Assembly (NCBI RefSeq): GCF_003044035.1
Contig: NZ_NVQC01000018.1
Location: 1-30,002, forward strand
DNA: 30,002 bases
From: Candidatus Methylomirabilis limnetica
GTDB taxonomy: Bacteria; Methylomirabilota; Methylomirabilia; Methylomirabilales; Methylomirabilaceae
Direction of reading: 5' to 3'
Numbering within the stretch: the stretch's first letter is position 1; the number at the start of each line of letters is the position of its first letter. Position numbers and translations under genes: made by a program. Under the pieces are notes generated by a model. That model had not been told where the DNA came from. It saw nothing but the letters and a program-made list of their open reading frames with translations, and made no database searches. This document shows positions 5,976 to 14,700 of this stretch, piece by piece.

Positions 5976-7662
5976 GAAGGCGACACCAGCCGTCACTAGC
6001 TCCCGCCGATGGGTTCGAGAAGTCGCTGTGACGACCCTCCTCCTTGGTGTCGGCCTGCTGCTCTTCTTCTATCGCCTGGATTCGCTCTACCTGTTCGACG
6101 CAGATGAGCCGGCCTACGCGGAGGCGGCGAGGGAGATGCTGATCTCGGGAGACTGGATCACACCCCACTTTAATTTCCAGCCTCGCTTCGATAAACCGAT
6201 CTTATTCTACTGGCTGATCGCGCTGGCCTACAAAAGCTTCGGGATCGGCGAGTACGCGGCCCGCTTCTGGTCTGCCGCCTTTGCTGCCGGCCTCACGGCG
6301 TCGATCTACCTATTCGGACGGCAACTGCTTGGCCGGCGGGGCGCATGCATTGCCGCTCTGGCCTTTGCCACGAACGTCGGGACCATCGTTCTGGGGCGGG
6401 CGGCGGTCACCGACATGACGCTCGCCTTTTGCATGACCTGGGCACTCTTCTGTTTTTTCGATGTCTATCGGGCTACAGACAAGACGCACGAGAGCCTCCT
6501 CTTTGTTGGATATCTGGCTGTGGCGCTCGCCGTTCTCACGAAGGGCCCGATCGGCCTTTTGCTTCCTGGGCTGGTTATCGGCCTGTTTCTGATCATTCGT
6601 AGAAAGGTCCGAGCGACTCTTTCCAGGCTTCGGCTGCTCAGCGGCCTTGCGCTGTTTACCGTGATCGCCCTTCCATGGTACGTCTTGGTCCTGCGCGAGA
6701 ACGGATGGACGTTTGTTCAAGGATTCTTTGTACAACACCACCTGAACCGCTATCTCGGTGTAGTGTCAAGCCATGTCGGGGGCCCCCTGTATTTCTTGCC
6801 GGTGGTCGCCCTCGGCTATTTTCCGTGGAGCGGAACGCTGCCCAATGCCTTTGGTCATCTCTGGGCTATCCGAAGTCGATTACGTGATGAACTAACCGGA
6901 CGACAGGAATTGTTACTCTTTTTATGGGTCTGGTGTGGTGTCGTCGTGCTCTTTTTCTCATTCTCCCACACGAAACTCCCGTCCTATATCTTCCCCGCTG
7001 TCCCTGCGCTCGCCTTGCTGACAGGGGCTGCGGGAGAGGCCGCCATCGACGAACGACAGCAGGGATGGAGGTGGGAGAGGGCATGTGACTGGCTCGTGGG
7101 TGGGATGGCCTGTTCACTTGCCGTGATCCTCCTCTTCCTACCATCAATTGCTGATCGTATCCGCCTCCGCGAGGCGCCTGATATTCCCCCATTTGATTTT
7201 GGGCTGGCGCCTTACGTGCTGGCTGTCCTCCTCCTGGTTGGACTTGGCCTTGCGCTAGTAGCCAGGCGAAGAGGGCAGGGGGATATGGCAGTGGCCGCGA
7301 CGGCGGTCACGATGATCCTGAGCATCGTGCTGGCCGTGCATCAGGTTGCCCCGGCCATACAGGAGAGTCTTCAGAAGTCTCTCCACGATTTCGCCATTAT
7401 CGCCAGGCAAGAGCTTCGCCACGGTGACATCCTGGTGGCCTATGACCTGAACGCACCCAGCCTTGTATTTTACTCAAAACGACAAGTCGCGATCATCAAG
7501 AGGGGAGAGGAAGCCGGGTTTCACGGTCTTGCCGTCTCTTATGGGCGGCTCTTCATCGTAGCCAAGGCCGCCGCAGAGACTCGCTTGCAACAGGTCCCGG
7601 ATATTTTCCCCTTGGACAGGCGAGGGGGGTATGTCCTATACTCTAATCGTTACAGTCCGTGA
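5962..7662 (+). CDS. GT-C fold glycosyltransferase, ArnT/PMT-like (family 39/83)
   Basis: The N-terminal loop DADEPAYAEAAREMLISGDWITPHFNFQPRFDKPILFYWL is typical of ArnT/PMT_2 enzymes, and there are more than 10 predicted TM helices. The start at ATG 5962 overlaps the PAP2 stop by 14 nt. The track start at 5773 lies inside the PAP2 gene. Confidence 0.85.
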   Translation: MGTPEKATPAVTSSRRWVREVAVTTLLLGVGLLLFFYRLDSLYLFDADEPAYAEAAREMLISGDWITPHFNFQPRFDKPILFYWLIALAYKSFGIGEYAARFWSAAFAAGLTASIYLFGRQLLGRRGACIAALAFATNVGTIVLGRAAVTDMTLAFCMTWALFCFFDVYRATDKTHESLLFVGYLAVALAVLTKGPIGLLLPGLVIGLFLIIRRKVRATLSRLRLLSGLALFTVIALPWYVLVLRENGWTFVQGFFVQHHLNRYLGVVSSHVGGPLYFLPVVALGYFPWSGTLPNAFGHLWAIRSRLRDELTGRQELLLFLWVWCGVVVLFFSFSHTKLPSYIFPAVPALALLTGAAGEAAIDERQQGWRWERACDWLVGGMACSLAVILLFLPSIADRIRLREAPDIPPFDFGLAPYVLAVLLLVGLGLALVARRRGQGDMAVAATAVTMILSIVLAVHQVAPAIQESLQKSLHDFAIIARQELRHGDILVAYDLNAPSLVFYSKRQVAIIKRGEEAGFHGLAVSYGRLFIVAKAAAETRLQQVPDIFPLDRRGGYVLYSNRYSP

Positions 7663-7692
7663 GATTGGTCTGGTTGACGTGGAGGCGCGCGT

Positions 7693-8670
7693 GTGATTGC
7701 CGAGACGATTCTCTCTCCTGTTACTTCTGAACTCGCCCTGGTCGAGGAGCGGCTGCTCCAGGACATAGGCGGCGATGTAGAGTTGATCTCCGAGATTATC
7801 CGGTATGTGCTCAAGAGCGGCGGTAAACGGGTCCGACCTGCGCTGCTGCTGCTTTCGGCAAAGCTCTGCGGCTATTGTGGCGGCTCTCGTAACATTGAGC
7901 TTGCGGTGGCGGCAGAGTATATGCACGCTGCCACGCTTATCCATGATGATATCATCGATCGTGCCGACAAGCGCCGCGGACTCCCGTCGGCGAATAATGC
8001 CTGGGGTCCTCAGATCTCCGTGCTGGCCGGCGATTTCCTCTATGCCAGATCGATTCAGATCCTGGTGACAGATGGTGACTTGGCTGTCTTACAGACCTTT
8101 GCCGACGCGACGGTTCGGATGATTGAGGGTCAGGTGCGCGAGGTTCAGATGGCCGGAAACCTCGACCTCACTTATAACGAGTATCTGAACATCATGACGT
8201 TAAAGACCGCTGCCCTGATCTCAGCCGCTTGCAGGACTGGCGCCCTGATCGCCGATAGACCAGCGGAGGATGTGGCTGCGTTAACCGAGTTCGGCTTGAA
8301 TGTGGGGATCGGGTTCCAGTTGGTCGATGACGCGCTGGATTTTGTCGCCGAGGAGTACCGGCTGGGTAAGCCGGTAGGGAACGATTTCAAAGAGGGAAAG
8401 ATGACGTTTCCGGTGCTCCATGTGATGCGGACAGGCTCGGAGGCCGATAAGGGCAGGATCAGAGAGTTGGTCGCGCAGGAGACCATCGGAGAGTCTGATC
8501 TGGCAGAGGTAAAGGCGATAATGGAACGGTATGGCGCCGTTGCGGCCACGATGGAGCTCGTTCGCAACTACCTCAAGAAAGCCAAGGCATCCCTTGGTAG
8601 CTTTCCGGATTCGGACGCCAAACGTTCGCTTGTCCTGATGGTCGATTTTATAGGAGATCGAGACTGGTGA
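7693..8670 (+). CDS. Long-chain trans-polyprenyl diphosphate synthase (IspB/HepT-like)
   Basis: Both Asp-rich motifs are present: LIHDDIIDRADKRRG and GFQLVDDALDF. The start is GTG with GGAGG at 7681-7685. Confidence 0.9.
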   Translation: MIAETILSPVTSELALVEERLLQDIGGDVELISEIIRYVLKSGGKRVRPALLLLSAKLCGYCGGSRNIELAVAAEYMHAATLIHDDIIDRADKRRGLPSANNAWGPQISVLAGDFLYARSIQILVTDGDLAVLQTFADATVRMIEGQVREVQMAGNLDLTYNEYLNIMTLKTAALISAACRTGALIADRPAEDVAALTEFGLNVGIGFQLVDDALDFVAEEYRLGKPVGNDFKEGKMTFPVLHVMRTGSEADKGRIRELVAQETIGESDLAEVKAIMERYGAVAATMELVRNYLKKAKASLGSFPDSDAKRSLVLMVDFIGDRDW

Positions 8671-8784
8671 TCACTGGCTTACTTCCCATGAGGGTGCTCC
8701 TGCTGCGCCGCCTTCCTTCCGAGCTGCTCTACAGCTTGCCGTCAGCGTTCTTGCTGAACGCTGGCGACTGAGTTCTTAGTATCA

Positions 8785-10593
8785 ATGGCGACCAACCTGC
8801 AACAGATTCGTAACTTCTCCATCATTGCGCACATCGATCATGGAAAGTCAACCCTGGCCGACCGGATCCTGGAGGCCACTGGGGCGCTGCAGCCACGTGA
8901 GATGGAGGCCCAGGTCCTGGATCATATGGATCTAGAGCGGGAACGGGGTATTACCATCAAGGCGAAGGCCGTTCGCCTCCACTACAAGCGGCAGGGCGAG
9001 CAAGAGTATATCCTGAACCTGATCGACACTCCCGGCCATGTGGACTTTTGCTACGAGGTTTCGAGAAGCCTCTCCGCGTGTGAGGGCGCGCTGCTCGTGA
9101 TCGATGCCGTCCAGGGGGTGGAGGCGCAGACGCTCGCCAATGTCCATCTCGCCATGGAACATGACCTGACCATCATCCCGGTTATTAACAAGATTGATCT
9201 GCCGAATGCCGATGTTGCCCGGGTAAAGATGCAGATAGAGGAGACCCTGGCCATCGATGCCTCCGAGGCGATCCTGTGCAGCGCCAAACAGGGGATCGGC
9301 ACTGAGGAGGTGATCGAAGCGGTCATCAAGCGGATCCCGCCTCCCAAAGGATCCCCGGACGCTCCTCTGAAAGCGCTGATTTTTGACTCTTCATTCGATC
9401 CGTACCAAGGCGTGGTCATGTATGTCCGGCTGTACGATGGGCAGGTGCGCCACGGGACGAGGATACTCCTGATGTCCACCGGTGTTGCGTTCGAGGTGTT
9501 ACAGGTCGGCGTCTTCACCCCTCAGATGCGCCCGGCAGATCTCCTGTCAGCCGGAGAGGTAGGGTACATCATTGCCGGTATCAGGGATGTGCGTCACACC
9601 AGGGTAGGGGATACCATTACTGCCGTAGACAGACCTACAACCACGGCCCTGCCTGGCTTCAAAGAGGTCCGGCCTATGGTGTTTGCCGGTCTGTACCCGA
9701 CCGAGAGCGAACAGTACCAGGAAATGAAGGAGGCATTGGAGAAGCTTCGCCTCAACGATTTTTCCTTTAGTTTTGAGCCGGAGACCTCGCTCGCCCTCGG
9801 CTTTGGTTTCCGGTGTGGTTTCCTTGGCTTGCTCCACATGGAGATCATCCAGGAGCGACTGGAGCGCGAGTTCGACCTGACGCTGATTACTACCGCTCCG
9901 ACGGTAGTATACCGAGTGGTCAAGAGAGACGGAACCGTTGTTGAGGTGGATAACCCCAGTGACCTTCCTCTTACGCAGCAGATCGAACGGGTTGAGGAGC
10001 CATACATCAAGGCCTCCATCATGGCGCCTGGTGAGTATATTGGGCCAATCTTTGGGCTCTGTCAGGAGAAGCGTGGGATTCAACGCGGCGTCGAGTACAT
10101 GGAAGGTGGTCGAATCCTCATTACCTACGACCTCCCGCTCAATGAGATCGTCATGGATTTCTACGACCGGCTGAAGTCTGCCACCCGCGGCTACGCCTCC
10201 CTGGACTATGAATTTCTCGATTATCGGGAGGGCCAGTTGGCGAAGCTGGATATCCTGGTTAACGATGAGCCGGTTGACGCACTTTCTTGCATCGTCCCGA
10301 AGGAGCAGGCACACCTGAGGGGCCGGATGCTGGCGGAACGGATGAGGGAGCTGATCCCGAGGCAGCTCTTCGAGGTGGTAATTCAGGCTGCGCTTGGCGG
10401 CAAGGTCATCGCGCGGGAGACCGTGCGTCCCCTGCGTAAAAATGTGACGGCCAAATGCTATGGCGGGGACATCAGCCGCAAGCGAAAGCTGCTTGAGCGC
10501 CAGAAGGAGGGGAAACGCCGGATGAAGCAGGTGGGCAGGGTCGAGATTCCACAGGAGGCCTTCATGGCGGCGCTGAAGGTGAAAAGCCCATGA
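8785..10593 (+). CDS. lepA: Translation elongation factor 4 (LepA)
   Basis: [28 protein letters not shown] and NKID motifs are present, along with the LepA-specific C-terminal domain. The product is 602 aa. Confidence 0.97.
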   Translation: MATNLQQIRNFSIIAHIDHGKSTLADRILEATGALQPREMEAQVLDHMDLERERGITIKAKAVRLHYKRQGEQEYILNLIDTPGHVDFCYEVSRSLSACEGALLVIDAVQGVEAQTLANVHLAMEHDLTIIPVINKIDLPNADVARVKMQIEETLAIDASEAILCSAKQGIGTEEVIEAVIKRIPPPKGSPDAPLKALIFDSSFDPYQGVVMYVRLYDGQVRHGTRILLMSTGVAFEVLQVGVFTPQMRPADLLSAGEVGYIIAGIRDVRHTRVGDTITAVDRPTTTALPGFKEVRPMVFAGLYPTESEQYQEMKEALEKLRLNDFSFSFEPETSLALGFGFRCGFLGLLHMEIIQERLEREFDLTLITTAPTVVYRVVKRDGTVVEVDNPSDLPLTQQIERVEEPYIKASIMAPGEYIGPIFGLCQEKRGIQRGVEYMEGGRILITYDLPLNEIVMDFYDRLKSATRGYASLDYEFLDYREGQLAKLDILVNDEPVDALSCIVPKEQAHLRGRMLAERMRELIPRQLFEVVIQAALGGKVIARETVRPLRKNVTAKCYGGDISRKRKLLERQKEGKRRMKQVGRVEIPQEAFMAALKVKSP

Positions 10594-11228
10594 CGCGGCA
10601 GACGATGGATGAGACGACAAAGAAGGATCAGGAGCCCACTTCGCAGCCAGGCGCGAAACCGGAGAAGTCGGTCATTCGGCAATATTCCGAGGCCGTCATC
10701 ATTGCCATTATCCTGGCGCTGGTGATCAGAAGTTTTATAATCCAAGCCTTCAAAATCCCCTCTGGATCGATGCTCCAGACGCTGCAGATCGGCGATCACA
10801 TCATGGTCAATAAGTTCCTGTATTGGTTTACCGATACGCAGCATGGGGACATTATCGTGTTCAAGTATCCCCAGGATGAGGAGAGAGACTTCATTAAGCG
10901 AGCGGTCGCCCTGCCAGGTGATAAGATGGAGATACGGGGAAAACAGGTCTACATCAACGATAAGCCTATCGCTGAGCCGTACGCGGTTCACCTGGATCCT
11001 GACATCATCGAGAAATCGAGTTCGCCTCGGGACAATTTCGGTCCGGTCGTGGTTGCGCCGGGTCAACTCTTCATGATGGGCGATAACCGGGACTACAGCA
11101 TGGATAGCAGATTCTGGGGCTTTCTTGACATGAAGAAGATCAAGGGGAAAGCTTTTATTATCTACTGGTCGTGGGATCACGAGCGCTTCAGGCCCCGCTG
11201 GGAGCGAATCGGGATGTTAGTCCGATGA
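10590..11228 (+). CDS. lepB: Signal peptidase I
   Basis: The IPSGSM (Ser nucleophile), KR and [14 protein letters not shown] boxes are present. An ATGA overlap couples it to lepA. Confidence 0.95.
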   Translation: MTRQTMDETTKKDQEPTSQPGAKPEKSVIRQYSEAVIIAIILALVIRSFIIQAFKIPSGSMLQTLQIGDHIMVNKFLYWFTDTQHGDIIVFKYPQDEERDFIKRAVALPGDKMEIRGKQVYINDKPIAEPYAVHLDPDIIEKSSSPRDNFGPVVVAPGQLFMMGDNRDYSMDSRFWGFLDMKKIKGKAFIIYWSWDHERFRPRWERIGMLVR

Positions 11229-12439
11229 AGGCAGTTTCGAGTTTCAAGTTTCGAGTTTCGAGTTCTAACTCTGCCATAGACCCGAAACCCGAAACCAGAA
11301 ACCCGAAACCCTTCGGTTTATACATCCATATCCCCTATTGCCTGTCACGCTGTCATTACTGCGATTTCAACACCTATCGTCTTGATGACGCTCACGTACA
11401 GCAGTATCTGGATGGGCTTGCGCAAGAGATAACGCTCCGCGCCTCCGCTATGGCGATCCGAGACCGGCGGGTCTGTTCCGTCTTCTTTGGCGGCGGGACG
11501 CCCTCAATACTGCAGGCATCGCAACTCATCGGCATCCTCGACCACTGTCGAGCCGCCTTCACCTTCGAGGATGGCGTAGAGGTCAGCCTCGAGGCCAACC
11601 CCGGGACGGTGGACCTTCCGAAGCTTCGTACGCTGTGGGAGGGCGGGGTGACCCGTCTGAGTGTAGGGGTTCAAGCTGTTCAGGACCGACTCCTCCAGCG
11701 GATCGGTCGTGCTCATGCTGCCTGCGAGGCTAAACGGGCTTTCTGGCTGATGCGTGAGGCCGGCTTCAGCAACATTAACCTGGACTTAATGTTCGGCCTG
11801 CCCGGTCAGAGTATCGGTGACTGGTCGGAGACCCTTGACTGGGCCATCAGCGTGGGTCCTGAACATGTCTCTCCCTACGGGCTGATCCTTGAAGAGGGGA
11901 CACCTCTGCACCAGGAGCATCGCCAAGGGGAGATTGGGCTACCCGACGAAGAGGCGGAGGCAGTGATGTACGGGATGGCCGTGGACCGGCTGCTTGACGC
12001 CGGCTTTGAGCATTACGAAATCTCAAACTTTGCGCGTCCCGGCTTCCGTTGTCGCCACAATCTGGTTTACTGGCACCACCAGGAATACCTCGGCATGGGG
12101 GCGGGAGCTCACTCATTCCTTGCCGGGCGCCGGTTTTATAACGAGTTACTGCCTGCAAGCTACGTGCGCGCCATTAGCGAGCGTGGGACAGCCGTAGCCG
12201 GCGACGAAGAGCTTTCCGCTGAGATGCTGCGATCTGAGCGTCTAATGTTGGGGCTTCGGCTCCGGGCCGGACTGGACGTGCAGGTATTCAAGGACGTACT
12301 TAGCATTGAAGATCTCTCTGCGTCTGATCGAGTTACCCGTCTCCTGGATGATGGGTTTCTTCGCGTGAAGGAGGGGCGGGTGCAGATCACAGAGCGAGGG
12401 CTCCTCGTGGCCAATGAACTGATTGTCCAGCTCCTCTGA
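11225..12439 (+). CDS. hemW: Radical-SAM haem chaperone HemW (HemN-like), with a repeat-derived N-terminus
   Basis: YIHIPYCLSRCHYCDFN is the CxxxCxxC radical-SAM motif, and a HemN C-terminal domain follows. The start at ATG 11225 forms an ATGA overlap with the lepB stop. Codons 4-29 are encoded by the heptad hairpin element. Confidence 0.9.
   Translation: MKAVSSFKFRVSSSNSAIDPKPETRNPKPFGLYIHIPYCLSRCHYCDFNTYRLDDAHVQQYLDGLAQEITLRASAMAIRDRRVCSVFFGGGTPSILQASQLIGILDHCRAAFTFEDGVEVSLEANPGTVDLPKLRTLWEGGVTRLSVGVQAVQDRLLQRIGRAHAACEAKRAFWLMREAGFSNINLDLMFGLPGQSIGDWSETLDWAISVGPEHVSPYGLILEEGTPLHQEHRQGEIGLPDEEAEAVMYGMAVDRLLDAGFEHYEISNFARPGFRCRHNLVYWHHQEYLGMGAGAHSFLAGRRFYNELLPASYVRAISERGTAVAGDEELSAEMLRSERLMLGLRLRAGLDVQVFKDVLSIEDLSASDRVTRLLDDGFLRVKEGRVQITERGLLVANELIVQLL
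11231..11313 (+). repeat. Heptad hairpin element copy H-A
   Basis: The left arm is GTTTCGA GTTTCAA GTTTCGA GTTTCGA GTTC (11234-11265). A 13-nt loop follows. The right arm is GA CCCGAAA CCCGAAA CCAGAAA CCCGAAA CCC (11279-11311). Confidence 0.9.
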
Positions 12440-12442
12440 TTC

Positions 12443-12623
12443 GTAACTATAAGGTGTTTAGGCTGAAGGCTGAAGGCTGTTAGTCGTTGCGCATGGACCG
12501 AATCAAGGCGCCCAGATTTATCTTGGTCTCCATCATGTTCGCGTCGCATTCAGAAAACGCCTGGCTCATCCGTACGCGTTCCTACAGTCTAACAGCCTAC
12601 AGTCTATCTGCCTGAGTAGCTAC
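12443..12623 (+). mobile_element. MITE B2 (181 bp), degenerate TIRs, 8-bp TSD TCTGATTC
   Basis: The ends are GTAACTATAAGGT.. and ..CCTGAGTAGCTAC. TCTGATTC lies at 12435-12442, where it contains the hemW stop codon, and again at 12624-12631. Its centre resembles B1. Confidence 0.85.
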
Positions 12624-12659
12624 TCTGATTCTCTAGCGTACGACCGATGGCAAATCCGC

Positions 12660-12689
12660 TTGACATTAGTGGCTGTTTGTCTTTAGTAT
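12660..12689 (+). promoter_or_regulatory. Sigma70-type promoter candidate for hrcA-grpE-dnaJ
   Basis: TTGACA (12660-12665), an 18-nt spacer and TAGTAT (12684-12689) lie immediately upstream of the CIRCE-like operator. Confidence 0.55.
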
Positions 12690-12699
12690 TTTTCAACAC

Positions 12700-12726
12700 G
12701 TGGCACTCTCCTTAAAGAAGTGCCAC
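12700..12726. promoter_or_regulatory. CIRCE-like HrcA operator
   Basis: The sequence is GTGGCACTC-N9-AAGTGCCAC, against the consensus TTAGCACTC-N9-GAGTGCTAA. The GCACTC/AGTGC cores and the 9-nt spacing are kept. The palindrome is extended by TTCAAC (12692-12697) and GTTGAA (12729-12734). It sits 41 nt upstream of hrcA. Confidence 0.75.
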
Positions 12727-12767
12727 GGGTTGAAAGAAGGGCAAGGAAAGGGGGTAGAGGGGGGCTG

Positions 12768-13808
12768 ATGGGGGCGCATGGACTTACTCCAAGGGAGTGT
12801 CAGATTCTGAAGGTGATTATCCATGACTACATCACCTCCGGGGAGCCTGTAGGTTCCCGAAGTGTCGCCAGACGCCATCTGGGCCACCTCAGCTCTGCTA
12901 CTATCCGCAATGTTATGGCGGACCTTGAGGATGTAGGTTATCTCTCTCAACCGCACGCTTCAGCCGGTAGGATCCCAACCGATTCCGGGTATCGCTTCTA
13001 CGTTGATAGCCTCATGCAGCGCCCTAAATTATCGAGGGTAGAGGAAAGCCGTATCGAGCAAGGGATCCGTCCGAGTCATGGTGAGGCCGAAGAATTGGTG
13101 CAGGGAGTCAGCCGAATCCTCTCCGATCTATCGCGATACGCTTCCGTAGTTCTTGCGCCAAAGTTTGCTCAGAACACCTGGCGACGCATTAACTTTGTCC
13201 ACCTCAATCGGGAGCGGATCCTGGTAGTCCTCATGGCTGATTCCGGGCTCGTACGGCAGAAGGTGATCGCTATCGATGAGCTGATCGAGCAGCCGGAGCT
13301 GGATCGGATCTCTAACTACCTGAACAGTGTATTGGGCGGGGTTACCCTTCACGAGGTGAGGAAGAGGATCATGGCCCGGATGGCCGAGGAGCGGGATGAG
13401 TTCAACCGTCTGATGCAGCGCGCTCTGGAGCTCAGCAACAAGACGCTGGAAGGTGAGGAAGAGCACGTCTATATTGGAGGGACGGCCAACATCGCTCATC
13501 AGCCGGAGTTTGCCGACGTAAAAACGATGAAGAACATCTTCGCGGCCTTCGAAGAAAAATCAAAGCTGGTGAAAATCCTTGATTACTGCCTCACCCAGGA
13601 GGGGTTAAGGATTATCATCGGTCGCGAGAGTGAAGTCAGAGAGATGCGCGAGCTCAGCCTGATTGCCGCGCCGTACAAGAGCGGGGATCATGTCGTTGGC
13701 GTGCTCGGAATCGTGGGACCGAAACGGATCGCCTACGACCGTATGGCAGCCCTAGTCGATTGCACCGCCAGGCTCGTCAGTAAGCTCCTGACAGAGGCCG
13801 ATGTGTAG
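12768..13808 (+). CDS. hrcA: Heat-inducible transcription repressor HrcA
   Basis: ILKVIIHDYITSGEPVGSRSV...SSATIRNVMADLEDVGYLSQPHASAGRIPTDSGYRFYVD is the canonical HrcA N-terminus. The start is taken at ATG 12768, because the track start GTG 12720 lies inside CIRCE. Confidence 0.93.
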   Translation: MGAHGLTPRECQILKVIIHDYITSGEPVGSRSVARRHLGHLSSATIRNVMADLEDVGYLSQPHASAGRIPTDSGYRFYVDSLMQRPKLSRVEESRIEQGIRPSHGEAEELVQGVSRILSDLSRYASVVLAPKFAQNTWRRINFVHLNRERILVVLMADSGLVRQKVIAIDELIEQPELDRISNYLNSVLGGVTLHEVRKRIMARMAEERDEFNRLMQRALELSNKTLEGEEEHVYIGGTANIAHQPEFADVKTMKNIFAAFEEKSKLVKILDYCLTQEGLRIIIGRESEVREMRELSLIAAPYKSGDHVVGVLGIVGPKRIAYDRMAALVDCTARLVSKLLTEADV

Positions 13809-13872
13809 CCTGTTCTCAAGAGTGATGGGGCGCTGTGTAGCCTGACGGACCGATCTGCCGAATTTACCGATG

Positions 13873-14027
13873 GTAACTACAAGGTGTTTAGACTGAAGAC
13901 TGAAGGTTCTAAATTATCTCGCAAGGCACGAATCGAGTCATTCAAGACCTTTTCGGAGTTTTGTATGATCACGCATGGCTTACTCCTAAAAGCCTTCAGC
14001 CTTCAGTCTATCTACCTGAGTAGTTAC
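13873..14027 (+). mobile_element. MITE B3 (155 bp), TSD (T/C)ACCGATG
   Basis: The ends are GTAACTACAAGGT.. and ..CCTGAGTAGTTAC. ACCGATG lies at 13866-13872 and 14029-14035. It is about 90% identical to B4. It lies between hrcA and grpE. Confidence 0.85.
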
Positions 14028-14058
14028 CACCGATGAACGAAAGGGAACCGATCAGATA

Positions 14059-14700
14059 ATGGATCAAGAAAACGAAGAAGCCAAAGCGCCGACAAGCGAT
14101 AACGTCCAGGAGAGCCCTGTCGCCCCCACGACCGAGCTAGAGTTGACGATCGACAAGCTACAGGCCGTTCTCAAGGAAAAGATTGCTGAGGTAGAGTCGC
14201 TCAACGACCGCCTCCTTCGCCTGCAGGCGGAGTTTGAGAACTACAAGAAGCGAGCGGCCCGCGAGCGGGGCGAGTTCGTGAGGTTCGCGAACGAAGGACT
14301 ACTTTTAGAGCTGCTGCCTGTGGGGGACAGTCTGGAGCATGCTGCTGCCACGACCAGGTCTGGAGCAGACGCTCAAGGCGTTGCCGAAGGCCTCGATGTC
14401 ATTCGGCGGCTTTTTCAGGCAACATTGGAGAAGGTAGCGGTGAAGGCCATCGAGGCGTTGGGGCATGAGTTCGATCCGAACTTCCATCAGGCTGTGATTC
14501 AGGTAGAGTCGACTGATGGACTGGACAACATCGTGGTCGAAGAGGTCCGAAAGGGGTACCTCCTGGAAGGACGTTTGCTGCGGCCGGCGATGGTAAAGGT
14601 ATCGAAGGGAGCAGTTCCGAGTTCCGAGTTCCGAGTTTCGAGTGTCGATGAGGATGAACCCGAAACCCGGAGCCCGGAATCCGGCATATATGAGCCATGA
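14059..14700 (+). CDS. grpE: Nucleotide exchange factor GrpE with a repeat-derived C-terminal tail
   Basis: A coiled-coil N-terminus, LRLQAEFENYKKR and ..GYLLEGRLLRPAMVKVSKG (where GrpE usually ends) are present. A further 29 aa, AVPSSEFRVSSVDEDEPETRSPESGIYEP, is encoded by heptad element H-B. Confidence 0.93.
   Translation: MDQENEEAKAPTSDNVQESPVAPTTELELTIDKLQAVLKEKIAEVESLNDRLLRLQAEFENYKKRAARERGEFVRFANEGLLLELLPVGDSLEHAAATTRSGADAQGVAEGLDVIRRLFQATLEKVAVKAIEALGHEFDPNFHQAVIQVESTDGLDNIVVEEVRKGYLLEGRLLRPAMVKVSKGAVPSSEFRVSSVDEDEPETRSPESGIYEP
14611..14686 (+). repeat. Heptad hairpin element copy H-B
   Basis: The left arm is GTTCCGA x3, GTTTCGA, GTGTCG (14614-14647). The right arm is GAAC CCGAAAC CCGGAGC CCGGAAT CCGGC (14656-14685). 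Confidence 0.85.

Noticed and set aside
8744-8764. Hairpin CAGCGTTC-ttgct-GAACGCTG upstream of lepA, considered as a terminator
   Set aside because: There is no following T-tract. It lies 20 nt before the lepA start and cannot be distinguished from incidental structure.
9547-10620. Minus-strand 357-aa ORF, with many similar long antisense ORFs (e.g. 10458-11180, 15926-16687, 18995-19624, 20348-20932, 22253-22921, 24620-25309, 28804-29523)
   Set aside because: Each lies antisense to a plus-strand gene with unambiguous conserved motifs (lepA, lepB, polA, coaE, rho, prfA, murA, hisH). Their Arg/Pro/Gly-rich composition is typical of antisense frames in GC-rich DNA.
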